In this document: positions 9,241 through 18,134 of the stretch, piece by piece
How the letters are laid out: every line of letters begins with the position of its first letter
Numbering within the stretch: the stretch's first letter is position 1
Assembly: GCA_017621415.1 (NCBI GenBank)
Contig: JAGATD010000049.1
Coordinates: 1,127 to 65,126 of the forward strand
Source of the DNA: Clostridia bacterium
GTDB lineage: Bacteria > Bacillota > Clostridia > Oscillospirales > CAG-272
Direction of reading: 5' to 3'
DNA: 64,000 nt
Notes under the pieces: generated by a model
Database searches by the model: none
What the model was told of the DNA's origin: nothing
What the model saw: the letters and a program-made list of their open reading frames with translations, nothing else
Program-made: the position numbers and the translations under genes

Positions 9241-10590
9241 TTAAATTACTTCAATACCAAGCATATCGCAAAGGTTTGTTATAACCTCGCTATTATCGCC
9301 GTATGAGATGATATAATGCTGACACATAACCTTATCGGTGAAGTCCTCGACATCCTCAAGAAGAATCTCAAGTCCGGGGAGCTGAGGCGCAGGCTGAGTC
9401 CAGCCTGCCTCCTCCCACTTACGGGGTGCGACAGCGTCTCCTACAACCATATGCATATAATACTCACCGTCAATAGATGTAAGACGGCACATTGTAACCT
9501 TTCCGGGCTTTACCTTACTTACATTAAGGATACCCTCGGATAGCTCACCGAATACCGCAGGCATAACGGTTACCCTGCCGTCAACAACCTCGGCCGGAAC
9601 ATAGTCGGGAACACCCGCAAGCACTCTGTCCTCGAAGAACTCATAAAACTCGAGATAGAATGCGCACTGTCCTGTAAGATATTTAACCATAAGCTGAGTT
9701 ATAGAGCCAAGAGAGTCATTCTCGGGAACTGTGCAAAGTCCCGCCTCGTCAGAGAGGAGCATAAATATAGGTGCTGGTGGGAAGCCCAGCAGCTTCTTCA
9801 TTCCGTCAACGTCTTTAAGAGAAACAGCATCATATCCTCTCTCATCGCAGATAGCCTTGGTAGCGAGGTAGTACTTTGCTGCCTTTTTCATCGACTCGGG
9901 ATTTGCGGGCTTCAAGAAATTCCATTTTGACATACAGTTATCGATCACCGCCTGAATTTCTTCAGCGGTAACCTTAGCTGCTCTCTGCTCTATCTCAAGC
10001 ATCTCAAAGGTTTCGATCTCGGGACCTATCTCGCGCTTAAGAGATGCGCCGTCATAAAGTGTACCGTAAAGGTTCATATCACGGTATCCCGCCATACCTG
10101 CCTTTGCGTGACGGAGCTTTTCGCGTACAGCTGCCGCAAGCGCCCAGTTGTAAACTCTCTTTGTTCTTGAAGGGAGTCCTATTATATCGTATATGTATTT
10201 AAAGTTGTAGCCGAGGTCGAAGAAGGTCTTGCGGAGTGCGCTTGTGCCTGCCTGGTCAGCGGTGGTAACAAGTCTGTCACCCTCGGTCCAGCCGCAAAGT
10301 CCCCAAAGAACCATGGGCTTCTCACGGAAGTATTCGGCAACCTTAACCACCGCATGGGTAGGAATCCAGCCCGCTATACAGATAACAAGAACGTCAAAAT
10401 CCAAGCCACGAAGAGATTCTACCGCCCATTTTATATCCTTTTCCTCATAATCATCTGTTACGGGATAGATGCTTTTTACAAGCTCCATTCCCTCTTTCAT
10501 GAGCCCTGACTCGGCTGCCTTACATTTATCAACAATAATTTCTCTCGGAGTATTAACCTCTCCAAAGCCTACAAAAGCTGCTTTTACCAT
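9241..10590 (-). CDS. L-fucose/L-arabinose isomerase family protein
   Basis: Overall layout, VPEND metal motif, VTMCRL, C-terminal QHYIISYGD. Confidence 0.7.
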   Translation of the reverse strand: MVKAAFVGFGEVNTPREIIVDKCKAAESGLMKEGMELVKSIYPVTDDYEEKDIKWAVESLRGLDFDVLVICIAGWIPTHAVVKVAEYFREKPMVLWGLCGWTEGDRLVTTADQAGTSALRKTFFDLGYNFKYIYDIIGLPSRTKRVYNWALAAAVREKLRHAKAGMAGYRDMNLYGTLYDGASLKREIGPEIETFEMLEIEQRAAKVTAEEIQAVIDNCMSKWNFLKPANPESMKKAAKYYLATKAICDERGYDAVSLKDVDGMKKLLGFPPAPIFMLLSDEAGLCTVPENDSLGSITQLMVKYLTGQCAFYLEFYEFFEDRVLAGVPDYVPAEVVDGRVTVMPAVFGELSEGILNVSKVKPGKVTMCRLTSIDGEYYMHMVVGDAVAPRKWEEAGWTQPAPQLPGLEILLEDVEDFTDKVMCQHYIISYGDNSEVITNLCDMLGIEVI

Positions 10591-10631
10591 ACTTTAATAA
10601 TCCTTTCGGTTTGTATTTTCTTTCATTCTCA

Positions 10632-10737
10632 ATTATACAGATGTGGGACTCTAAAATCAATAGTTTGACTTTCGAAAAATTTTTCGAAATTTATTCTGCT
10701 TTTTTCTATTGCGAATTTTTGCTGTTTAGTGTATAAT
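10632..10737. promoter_or_regulatory. Divergent sigmaA promoters with a 20-bp palindromic operator
   Basis: Minus: TTGATT-17-TATAAT (10660-10632). Plus: TTGCGA-17-TATAAT (10709-10737). Perfect palindrome TTTCGAAAAATTTTTCGAAA at 10670-10689. Confidence 0.75.
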
Positions 10738-10768
10738 AGCCTTACCAAATATTTCGGGGGGGCAAAAA

Positions 10769-11734
10769 ATGACACTGACCGAGCTTGCAAGACTTGCTCA
10801 CGTTTCAACCTCAACCGCATCAAAGGCATTTGCCTTAAGCCCTGAGGTAAACGAGCAGACAAGAGATATGATTTTTGATGTGGCAAAGACACACGGCTGC
10901 TTTAAAAAATTCTACCGTTCCGAATACCCAGGACTTGTTTTTGCGGTTATTTGTCCCGAGTTTGACAGCACATATTACTCTGCCTTTATTTCCGAAATGC
11001 AAAAGTATCTTGCAAGATACAACTCCGAAACCACCGTTGCATCAACAGGCTTTTCAAGAGAGACCGAGCGCCGTCTTCTTGAATATTATCAGCGCTACCA
11101 CACGGTCGACGGAATTGTTCTTATAAACGGAATCACCGATATAGTACAGAGAAACGAAATTCCGATAGCAACCGTTAACTGCTTTACAAAAAGCCGCGGT
11201 GTTATAAATGTAAAAAAAGACCTTTTAACACCCATTAAGGAAACCGTAAGGGAGTGGGCAGAGGCAGGAATTACCGAAATAGGATTTATCGGAGACCCAT
11301 GTACAAACGGTAGACGAAGAATGATGGGAGAGGCTGTCACTGAAATTTTAGGCGAGGTTAATACCGACTATTTTGTACGCTCGACAGAAAGGTTTGAGCG
11401 CGGAGGATATCTTGGAGCGCTTGAGCTTATGGACAGAGAAAAAATGCCAAGAGCCATAATCTGCGCCTATGACAGGCTTGCAACAGGGGCTATGCGAGCC
11501 TTTGCGGACAGAGGATTAAAAGTGCCTGAGGACATTGCCGTTGTCGGAATTGATGACGCACCTGCTTCCGGCTACTCTACCCCCTCCCTTTCCTCTATAA
11601 GCCACGAGATAGAAAGCACCTGCAGGGCTGTTGCCGACGCCTTATTTAAAAAAATCAAAGGTGAGGATTTTGAATCTGACATAAATATAGTCTGCAAGCT
11701 TAACAGAAGAGAGTCGTCTGTCATAAAAAAGTAA
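10769..11734 (+). CDS. LacI family transcriptional regulator
   Basis: MTLTELARLAHVSTSTASKA HTH; VPEDIAVVGIDD; PSLSSI; RRES. Confidence 0.93.
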   Translation: MTLTELARLAHVSTSTASKAFALSPEVNEQTRDMIFDVAKTHGCFKKFYRSEYPGLVFAVICPEFDSTYYSAFISEMQKYLARYNSETTVASTGFSRETERRLLEYYQRYHTVDGIVLINGITDIVQRNEIPIATVNCFTKSRGVINVKKDLLTPIKETVREWAEAGITEIGFIGDPCTNGRRRMMGEAVTEILGEVNTDYFVRSTERFERGGYLGALELMDREKMPRAIICAYDRLATGAMRAFADRGLKVPEDIAVVGIDDAPASGYSTPSLSSISHEIESTCRAVADALFKKIKGEDFESDINIVCKLNRRESSVIKK

Positions 11735-11767
11735 ACTGAATTTGATTTTCCAAGAAAAAAACTTCTC

Positions 11768-11796
11768 TTGACAAACAGGCAATATGATAGTATAAT
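11768..11796 (+). promoter_or_regulatory. Consensus sigmaA promoter of mscL
   Basis: TTGACA-17-TATAAT. Confidence 0.8.
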
Positions 11797-11846
11797 AGTT
11801 TCGGCAAAATAATTTATATTTCGACCCGAAACAAAAAGGAGACGTT

Positions 11847-12449
11847 ATGAAAAAATTCTTTGGCGAATTCAAAAAATTTATAACCCGCGGCAATGTTATA
11901 GATATGGCTGTCGGTGTTATCGTCGGTAGCTCGTTTACCGCTGTTGTAAACGGTCTTTGCAACTACATTTTAAAGCCGCTGACAAACTGGCTTTTAGCTC
12001 TTGTTCTTTCCAAGGACACGCTCTCTGAGCTTTACACCGTGCTTCACCCCGCATATAAGCTTGACGACGGTGGTGTTGAAATTCTTGACCTTGCAAACTC
12101 TATTTACATAGACTGGGGTGCATTTATTAACGCAATTATCAATTTCCTGCTTATCGCCTTTGTTCTCTTTACTATCGTTAAGATAATTAACAAGGTGCGC
12201 GAAAGCCAGGAGGCTATATCCGACAAGTTCGATGAGGGCAAGCCCACAAAGGAAGAGCGCAAGGAAATGAAAAAGCGCGGTATTAAGTTCTCTAACAAGG
12301 CTGCAGTTGCTGAGTTCTATGCCGAGAAGGCAAAGAAGATTGCTGACGAAAAGGCTGCAGCAGAGGAAAAAGCAAGACTTGACCGCCTTGCTAATCCCAC
12401 AACAGAGGATCTTCTCAAGGAGATTCGCGACCTTCTTAAAAAAGACTGA
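11847..12449 (+). CDS. mscL: Large-conductance mechanosensitive channel
   Basis: EFKKFITRGNVIDMAVGVIVG; WGAFINAIINFLLIAF; LLKEIRDLLK. Confidence 0.95.
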   Translation: MKKFFGEFKKFITRGNVIDMAVGVIVGSSFTAVVNGLCNYILKPLTNWLLALVLSKDTLSELYTVLHPAYKLDDGGVEILDLANSIYIDWGAFINAIINFLLIAFVLFTIVKIINKVRESQEAISDKFDEGKPTKEERKEMKKRGIKFSNKAAVAEFYAEKAKKIADEKAAAEEKARLDRLANPTTEDLLKEIRDLLKKD

Positions 12450-12561
12450 TTTTTCTAAAATGCGGAGCGCAGTATTAACTTTTTTGTGCTCCGCATTTAC
12501 ATTTTGTACAATATGATAATAAAATTCGACATTTTTTCTTAACATTTATCGAAAATGTCTA

Positions 12562-12590
12562 TTGCTTTTTTTGACACTTAGTGCTATAAT
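12562..12590 (+). promoter_or_regulatory. sigmaA promoter of the riboswitch leader
   Basis: TTGCTT-17-TATAAT with extended TG. Confidence 0.65.
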
Positions 12591-12603
12591 GTTTACATAG
12601 TTT

Positions 12604-12728
12604 CCGGTGAGGCGTGCGGAATTGTAAGAAACCGTTCGCTGAGGAGCTCTGGAGAATCCCTTAAGTGGGTGCCGAAGGTGCAAGGCAGAAACACATCTGC
12701 CGAATCTCTCAGGCAAAAGGACAGAGGC
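12604..12728 (+). ncRNA. Glycine riboswitch (single aptamer plus 5' ghost hairpin)
   Basis: CTCTGGAGA..GCCGAAGGTGCAA..AATCTCTCAGGCAAAAGGACAGAG core, upstream of an AGCS transporter. Confidence 0.9.
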
Positions 12729-12774
12729 GCAGATATCCATTTTGTTTTTTCTGTGCGTCATACTTTTTCACAGG

Positions 12775-12801
12775 GCCACCGATTCTGTCGGTGACTTTTT
12801 T
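12775..12801 (+). terminator. Leader terminator (riboswitch expression platform)
   Basis: GCCACCGA-TTCTG-TCGGTGAC followed by a T run. Confidence 0.6.
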
Positions 12802-12833
12802 GTTTAAAAAATTTTTGAAAGGAACAAAAAACA

Positions 12834-14315
12834 ATGGAAGAAATTCTTCTTAAGATCGCTCAAACGATCAACACCTACCTCTCCGACTACATACTTATTT
12901 TCCTTCTTGTCGGTGTAGGTCTCTACTACTCTATCAGAACAAAGTTCGTTCAGGTTCGCTGCTTTGGCGAGGGAATGAAAAACGTGTTCGGAAATCTGAA
13001 ATTAAAGGGCGGAAAGCAAAAGGGAGGTATATCCTCGTTCCAGGCTTTGGCAACAGCTATCGCCGCTCAGGTTGGTACCGGTAACATTGTCGGCGCATCC
13101 GGCGCTATTCTTGTAGGCGGTCCCGGCGCTATCTTCTGGATGTGGATTATCGCATTCCTCGGTATGGCTACAATTTATGCCGAGGCAACCCTAGCGCAGA
13201 AAACCAAGGTTACAAACGATGACGGAACCGTAGAGGGCGGTCCTATCTACTACATTAAGCACGCATTTAAGGGCGGATTTGGCAAATTCCTTGCCGTATT
13301 CTTCTCGATTGCGGCAGTCATTGCTCTCGGATTTGTAGGAGCTATGGTTCAGTCCAACTCTATCGCCGAAAACTTTGCTTCTGTATTCAATCAGGTAGGC
13401 ATTGACGGAAGCATTGCAAAAATCGTTGTAGGCGTTATTATCGCCGCTATTGCCGGATTTGTTCTTATCGGCGGTGTTCAGAGACTTGCGTCTGTTACAG
13501 AAAAGATAGTTCCCGTTATGGCTTGTCTCTACCTTATCGGAGGACTTATAGTTCTTGGTGTTAATATTACAAATGTTCCCGATGCGTTCGCTATGATATT
13601 CAAGTATGCGTTTGCTCCTCAGGCTATCATCGGCGGCGGTATTGGCGCTGCTCTTAAGGCTGCAATCAGCCAGGGCGCAAAGCGCGGTCTCTTCTCTAAC
13701 GAGGCAGGTATGGGTTCAACTCCTCATGCTCATGCTCTCGCTAATGTAAAGGATCCTCACACTCAGGGTACATCCGCTATGATAGGCGTGTTTATCGACA
13801 CCTTTGTTGTTCTTACAATGACAGCTCTTATCGTTATTTCCACTCTCTACTGTGACGGCACCATCAACCCTGCTCTTCCCGGTACTGAGGGCTCGTTTGT
13901 TGTCGGTAATGTTTCTAAGGCTAATATGGTTCAGCTTGCATTCCAGAAAACCTTTGCTGTTATTTTCGGCGCTGAGGCAGGAAACCTTATCGGTTCTATA
14001 TTTGTAGCGCTGTGCCTCTTCTTCTTTGCTTTCTCTACAATTCTTTCTTGGAACTACTTCGGCAAGGTAAACTTTACTCACCTCTTCGGTAAAAAGTCTG
14101 CTCTCGTTTACTCTGTAATCGCTATTGTTTTCGTATTCCTTGGCTCTGTATTCCAGAACGACCTTGTTTGGGAGCTTACCGACATGTTTAACAACCTTAT
14201 GGTTATCCCCAACGTTATCGCCCTGTTCGCTCTCGGAGGACTTGTTGTTTCCGTGACCAAGTTTAAAAAGAGCAATGAGCTTCCCGAAATCAAGGAAGAA
14301 TCCACCGATAAGTAA
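12834..14315 (+). CDS. Alanine/glycine:cation symporter (AGCS family)
   Basis: AAQVGTGNIVG, GGPGAIFWMW, RGLFSNEAGMGS, FAFSTILSW. Confidence 0.95.
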   Translation: MEEILLKIAQTINTYLSDYILIFLLVGVGLYYSIRTKFVQVRCFGEGMKNVFGNLKLKGGKQKGGISSFQALATAIAAQVGTGNIVGASGAILVGGPGAIFWMWIIAFLGMATIYAEATLAQKTKVTNDDGTVEGGPIYYIKHAFKGGFGKFLAVFFSIAAVIALGFVGAMVQSNSIAENFASVFNQVGIDGSIAKIVVGVIIAAIAGFVLIGGVQRLASVTEKIVPVMACLYLIGGLIVLGVNITNVPDAFAMIFKYAFAPQAIIGGGIGAALKAAISQGAKRGLFSNEAGMGSTPHAHALANVKDPHTQGTSAMIGVFIDTFVVLTMTALIVISTLYCDGTINPALPGTEGSFVVGNVSKANMVQLAFQKTFAVIFGAEAGNLIGSIFVALCLFFFAFSTILSWNYFGKVNFTHLFGKKSALVYSVIAIVFVFLGSVFQNDLVWELTDMFNNLMVIPNVIALFALGGLVVSVTKFKKSNELPEIKEESTDK

Positions 14316-14327
14316 TTAATGTTTATA

Positions 14328-14361
14328 GAAAAATCGGATGCTTTTTCGCATCCGATTTTTC
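14328..14361. terminator. Bidirectional intrinsic terminator
   Basis: GAAAAATCGGATGC-TTTTTC-GCATCCGATTTTTC. Confidence 0.85.
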
Positions 14362-14367
14362 CTTTTA

Positions 14368-15174
14368 TTATTCTCCGACAGTCACATTAAGCTTACCGAT
14401 ACCACCGTCAATATCAACGCGGCAAGCACCGTTTCCTACCGTTTCATTATTAACCTCTCTGCCATTATAGCTCGCTCCGCCAAGACCTGCTGAAAGACTT
14501 ATTTTATAGTCAGACTCAGTGCCTATAAGAATCACATTAGCTTCGCCAACACCCATATCAAGGTCGCATTCTCCAACCATACGGGTGCGAAGCGTGCACT
14601 TTCCTACACCCATTTCAAAAATTAGGGAGCAAAGGCTGCCGCCTCCTATATCAAGCTCACCTGCCCCGCCCTCAATATCCGCATTGCCTGAAGCATAGAG
14701 CTCGTTTATTGTTACTTTTCCCGCTCCTAAAGACATCTCGAGATTTACCGCTGACAGTCTTTCTATATTGACATTTCCCGCACCTGCCTCTAATTTAGCA
14801 TTTACAAAGCTGAAGCCCTCTGGCAGAGTTATTTCAAGAACTGCCCCGTTATAATTCTTAAAAAGCTTGTTTTTTTCTTCTATATTAAGTGTTCCGTGAG
14901 AGACACCGACATAAAGGTCTTTAATATTGCTTTTTACCGAAAATTGATCGCCGTTAAAAATTTTAATTTCCGCCGCCGATATTTCCAAATCAATGTCAGA
15001 AAAGCTTTCGCTTATTTCATAGTCACGCATATCGGAGACTCCTGTCTCCACACCGAAAATACCGAATATAATACTGGCAATACCGCCGATTATGGATACA
15101 ATAAGCATTACGGCAAGGGCGATAGCGCCCCACTTAACTACCTTTTGAAAGGCTTTTAGATTTTCTTCTTTCAT
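14368..15174 (-). CDS. DUF4097 (LiaG-like) beta-repeat membrane-anchored protein
   Basis: N-terminal TM segment, repeated (A/V)GxG-x-V-x-I strands. Confidence 0.7.
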   Translation of the reverse strand: MKEENLKAFQKVVKWGAIALAVMLIVSIIGGIASIIFGIFGVETGVSDMRDYEISESFSDIDLEISAAEIKIFNGDQFSVKSNIKDLYVGVSHGTLNIEEKNKLFKNYNGAVLEITLPEGFSFVNAKLEAGAGNVNIERLSAVNLEMSLGAGKVTINELYASGNADIEGGAGELDIGGGSLCSLIFEMGVGKCTLRTRMVGECDLDMGVGEANVILIGTESDYKISLSAGLGGASYNGREVNNETVGNGACRVDIDGGIGKLNVTVGE

Positions 15175-15854
15175 TTGATCTCACATCCTCCGAACAGGCA
15201 TAACCCATTGATGTAAAGAGTTGGAGCGGCAAGGTCAGAAGACGGCTTTGATTTATTCGAGACACCGCCGAAAACCGAGGTTGAGGATACTTTAACATTT
15301 ATTCCCTCGGGAACAATAATATCAACACCTCCGAACACCGCTGTAACCTTGATTGCGGCATCCTTTTCAATCACAGCGCCTCTCAGGTCACACTTAACAC
15401 CGCCAAAGGCCGCGCAAAGCTCGCATCCAAGAAATTCTTCACCGTCAAAATTCATATTGCAGCCCGAGAAGGTCGCATATCCCTCGGGAAGCTTTTCTCC
15501 CCTGTCGCGCGCACTGTCAATAATTTCCTCGGCAGCCTTACCCTTAATCGAATTATATATCAGCTTTGCACCTATACCGATAATTACAGCAGGAACTATC
15601 AGCTTTCCGAGAAGCTGAAAATCAATAATTCCCCTGCAAGCAAGAAGCAGTAAAACCCCAATACTCAAACAAATGACGTTCCCTATTATATCACGTCGAG
15701 TGATAAGCCCGACAATACCCGGGATAATAAGGAACAAGGTCCACCATCCGTCAAAGAAAATATCAAACTCAAACAGACCGAAAATTTTAAGCCCAAAAGC
15801 TATTCCGGCGACAATAAGGATAATTCCCCAAATAATTCCGCTTGATTTTTTCAT
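15171..15854 (-). CDS. LiaF-like cell-envelope stress membrane protein
   Basis: WGIILI, GWWTLFLIIP TMs; AAFGG/AVFGG/SVFGG/LFGG C-terminal repeats. Confidence 0.75.
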   Translation of the reverse strand: MKKSSGIIWGIILIVAGIAFGLKIFGLFEFDIFFDGWWTLFLIIPGIVGLITRRDIIGNVICLSIGVLLLLACRGIIDFQLLGKLIVPAVIIGIGAKLIYNSIKGKAAEEIIDSARDRGEKLPEGYATFSGCNMNFDGEEFLGCELCAAFGGVKCDLRGAVIEKDAAIKVTAVFGGVDIIVPEGINVKVSSTSVFGGVSNKSKPSSDLAAPTLYINGLCLFGGCEIK

Positions 15855-16528
15855 TTTTTCTCTCCTTTATTAAAATTGTCTATAAGCGTACAAATCTCAT
15901 CAACCGATGAAACCATATGTTCAGCCCCTGACAAATTGAGCTCTTCTTTTGTCCTAAATCCCCAACAAACAGAAACTGTAAGAGCTGCATTCATATTTTT
16001 GCCTGTCATTACATCAACATCGGAATCTCCGATATATACGCACTCGGATGGCAAAGCAGAAAGCTCAGAAAGAATTTCAAGACAGCCCTCAGGCGAGGGC
16101 TTAAGCGGTATGCCGTCTCTGCCGCCGTGTACCACGGTGAAGCTGTTGCCAAAGAAATGTTTGGCAGCGCTTCTAGTGGCAAAATCCGGCTTATTTGAAA
16201 GAACGGCAAGCTTAATCTTCCTTTTCTTTAATTCATCGATAAGCTCGTCTATTCCTTTATATTTTTCGGTCAGATGATAAGGGTCACGGTCGTAGTCAGC
16301 CATATATTCAGAGAGTGCGGCTTCAAATTCCTTTTCATCTATTCCGCCCCTTGAATTAAAGGCTTTAGTTAAAAGCACTCTTGCGCCGGCGCCCACAAAG
16401 AGACGGCATTCCTCCTCGCTTATTGGAGCTCTGCCGTATTTTGTCATTGTACGGTTTACGTAATAACGTATTGTTTCAAGGGTATTTAAAATGGTTCCGT
16501 CAAGGTCAAATATGCAGCATTTTATCAT
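15851..16528 (-). CDS. HAD-IA hydrolase (phosphoglycolate phosphatase-like)
   Basis: FDLDGT, SNK, KPSP, IGDSDVD, WGFR. Confidence 0.9.
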   Translation of the reverse strand: MIKCCIFDLDGTILNTLETIRYYVNRTMTKYGRAPISEEECRLFVGAGARVLLTKAFNSRGGIDEKEFEAALSEYMADYDRDPYHLTEKYKGIDELIDELKKRKIKLAVLSNKPDFATRSAAKHFFGNSFTVVHGGRDGIPLKPSPEGCLEILSELSALPSECVYIGDSDVDVMTGKNMNAALTVSVCWGFRTKEELNLSGAEHMVSSVDEICTLIDNFNKGEKK

Positions 16529-16564
16529 GTTTCTACCTCAATATTGTAAGCCACAATTGACAAT

Positions 16565-17851
16565 TCAGTCGTAAAATCGCTTTTTGTAATTTAAAATCAG
16601 ATTGTCAATTTCGGACTTATTAATACGTTTTTTGTTTCCCTTTACAGCAAGAGTCATATTATCCGGAGCAAAGAGGCGCTTGGCGGCGCTCCTTATATCA
16701 TCGGGAGTTACTCTTTCATACCTTGCGGCACGCTCCTCAAGCGTTGAATACCCCTCATCCATAATATGATTATCATAAGCAAAGGTAAAATTAAACTCTC
16801 TTTGGTCATCGGCTAAAAGGCTGCCGTTTTTGACATATCCCGCTTTCATACACATTGAGTCATCAAGTGTCTCACGTGTAATACCGTAAAGCAAATCAAG
16901 TGCCAGCTCTATCGCCCCGAGAAGCAGGTCTGAGCGTATCTCGAATGAAAAGGCAAAGCTGCCGATGTTCTTGTATCTTTCTACATTTCCCGAAATATCA
17001 TAAACCAAGCCTCTCTTCTCGCTCATTTCGACGAAGAAACGCGAGCTGTACCCACCGAAAAGTATATCGTAAAGAAGGTCTGTTTCAGCCATAGACAAAA
17101 GGGACATATCCATATCAAAGTTAAAGCGGACCATAGTGAAGTCTCCGCCCTTTATGTGAGATGTCAAAGCCCTATTGCCAAAGGTACGGCAAACGGGAGC
17201 TATGTTATCATGAATCTCTCCGCCCGAAAGCTCCCAAGAGCCAACAAGCTCTGAAAGCCGGGACAAAGACTCATCTGTAAAGTTGCCTGTTACGTAAAGA
17301 AATAGGTTTTCGGGGGTAAAGACACGCTTACGGTACTCTTCCAGTCTTGTACGGTTTATTCCCGAAACAGAGCTGAGAGTGCCTGTTATTGAGCCAGAAA
17401 GAGGTGTACCCTCGTTTACTATAACGTTTGTAAAGCCGAGAAGCGAATTTTTTTCATCATTTTCTCTTATCTCCGCTTTTATCCTGCCTCGCTCGGTAGA
17501 AATCTCGGCTGTGGTTAGGGTTATTGGAGATGCGATTTTTGAAATTATATCTGCTCCGATATCAAAGTTAGAAGAGGCGCCCGCTACATAAAATTGCACC
17601 ATTTCGCTAAAGGTTGATGCGTTAAACTCTATGCCGTTTTTATCAAGAAGCGGATAAAGTCCGCCTCTCATAGTAGCATTTATGTTTCTTATAGTTATGT
17701 GCTCGAGAAAGTGGGTAATTCCAGCCTCGTCAGGACGCTCATACATCGCTCCTGCCTTTAGAAACAAGGATATAAAGAAGCCGTGAGACGAGGGATTTCT
17801 TAGGCTGTACATAGGTATTTTGTTTTTTAATATTCTTTTTTCTTCCTTCAA
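16565..17851 (-). CDS. M16 (pitrilysin family) zinc peptidase
   Basis: GITHFLEH (HxxEH), FNAST, EKRGLVY. Confidence 0.88.
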   Translation of the reverse strand: MKEEKRILKNKIPMYSLRNPSSHGFFISLFLKAGAMYERPDEAGITHFLEHITIRNINATMRGGLYPLLDKNGIEFNASTFSEMVQFYVAGASSNFDIGADIISKIASPITLTTAEISTERGRIKAEIRENDEKNSLLGFTNVIVNEGTPLSGSITGTLSSVSGINRTRLEEYRKRVFTPENLFLYVTGNFTDESLSRLSELVGSWELSGGEIHDNIAPVCRTFGNRALTSHIKGGDFTMVRFNFDMDMSLLSMAETDLLYDILFGGYSSRFFVEMSEKRGLVYDISGNVERYKNIGSFAFSFEIRSDLLLGAIELALDLLYGITRETLDDSMCMKAGYVKNGSLLADDQREFNFTFAYDNHIMDEGYSTLEERAARYERVTPDDIRSAAKRLFAPDNMTLAVKGNKKRINKSEIDNLILNYKKRFYD

Positions 17852-17877
17852 ATCTAAGCTCCTTTCTTAATTATAGA

Positions 17878-18134
17878 GACGGGCGTAGTTACCTACGTCA
17901 AGCTCTTTTCACCTCATCCACCGCAATCGCATACCCCAAAGCTCGCTTCGCTCGTTTCGAGGCCCCTGCTGCGGTCCCCCTTCCCCAAGGGGAAGGCTAT
18001 CTGAAGTAATTCGCAAAAGCATTATGTAAGGATTTGATTTTTTTGATGAAGCGCAAGGATTTTTGCGTCGCCAGCCGTAGAAAAACTACGGCAAGAACAA
18101 AAACTCTGAAGCGATTCGCAAAAAAATCAAATCC
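17878..18134. repeat. Cluster of REP-like palindromic elements
   Basis: CGTAGTTACCTACG hairpin; ACCTCATCCACC..GGTCCCCCTTCCCCAAGGGGAA element also at 45056; 16-bp terminal IR 18030-18045/18119-18134. Confidence 0.7.
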
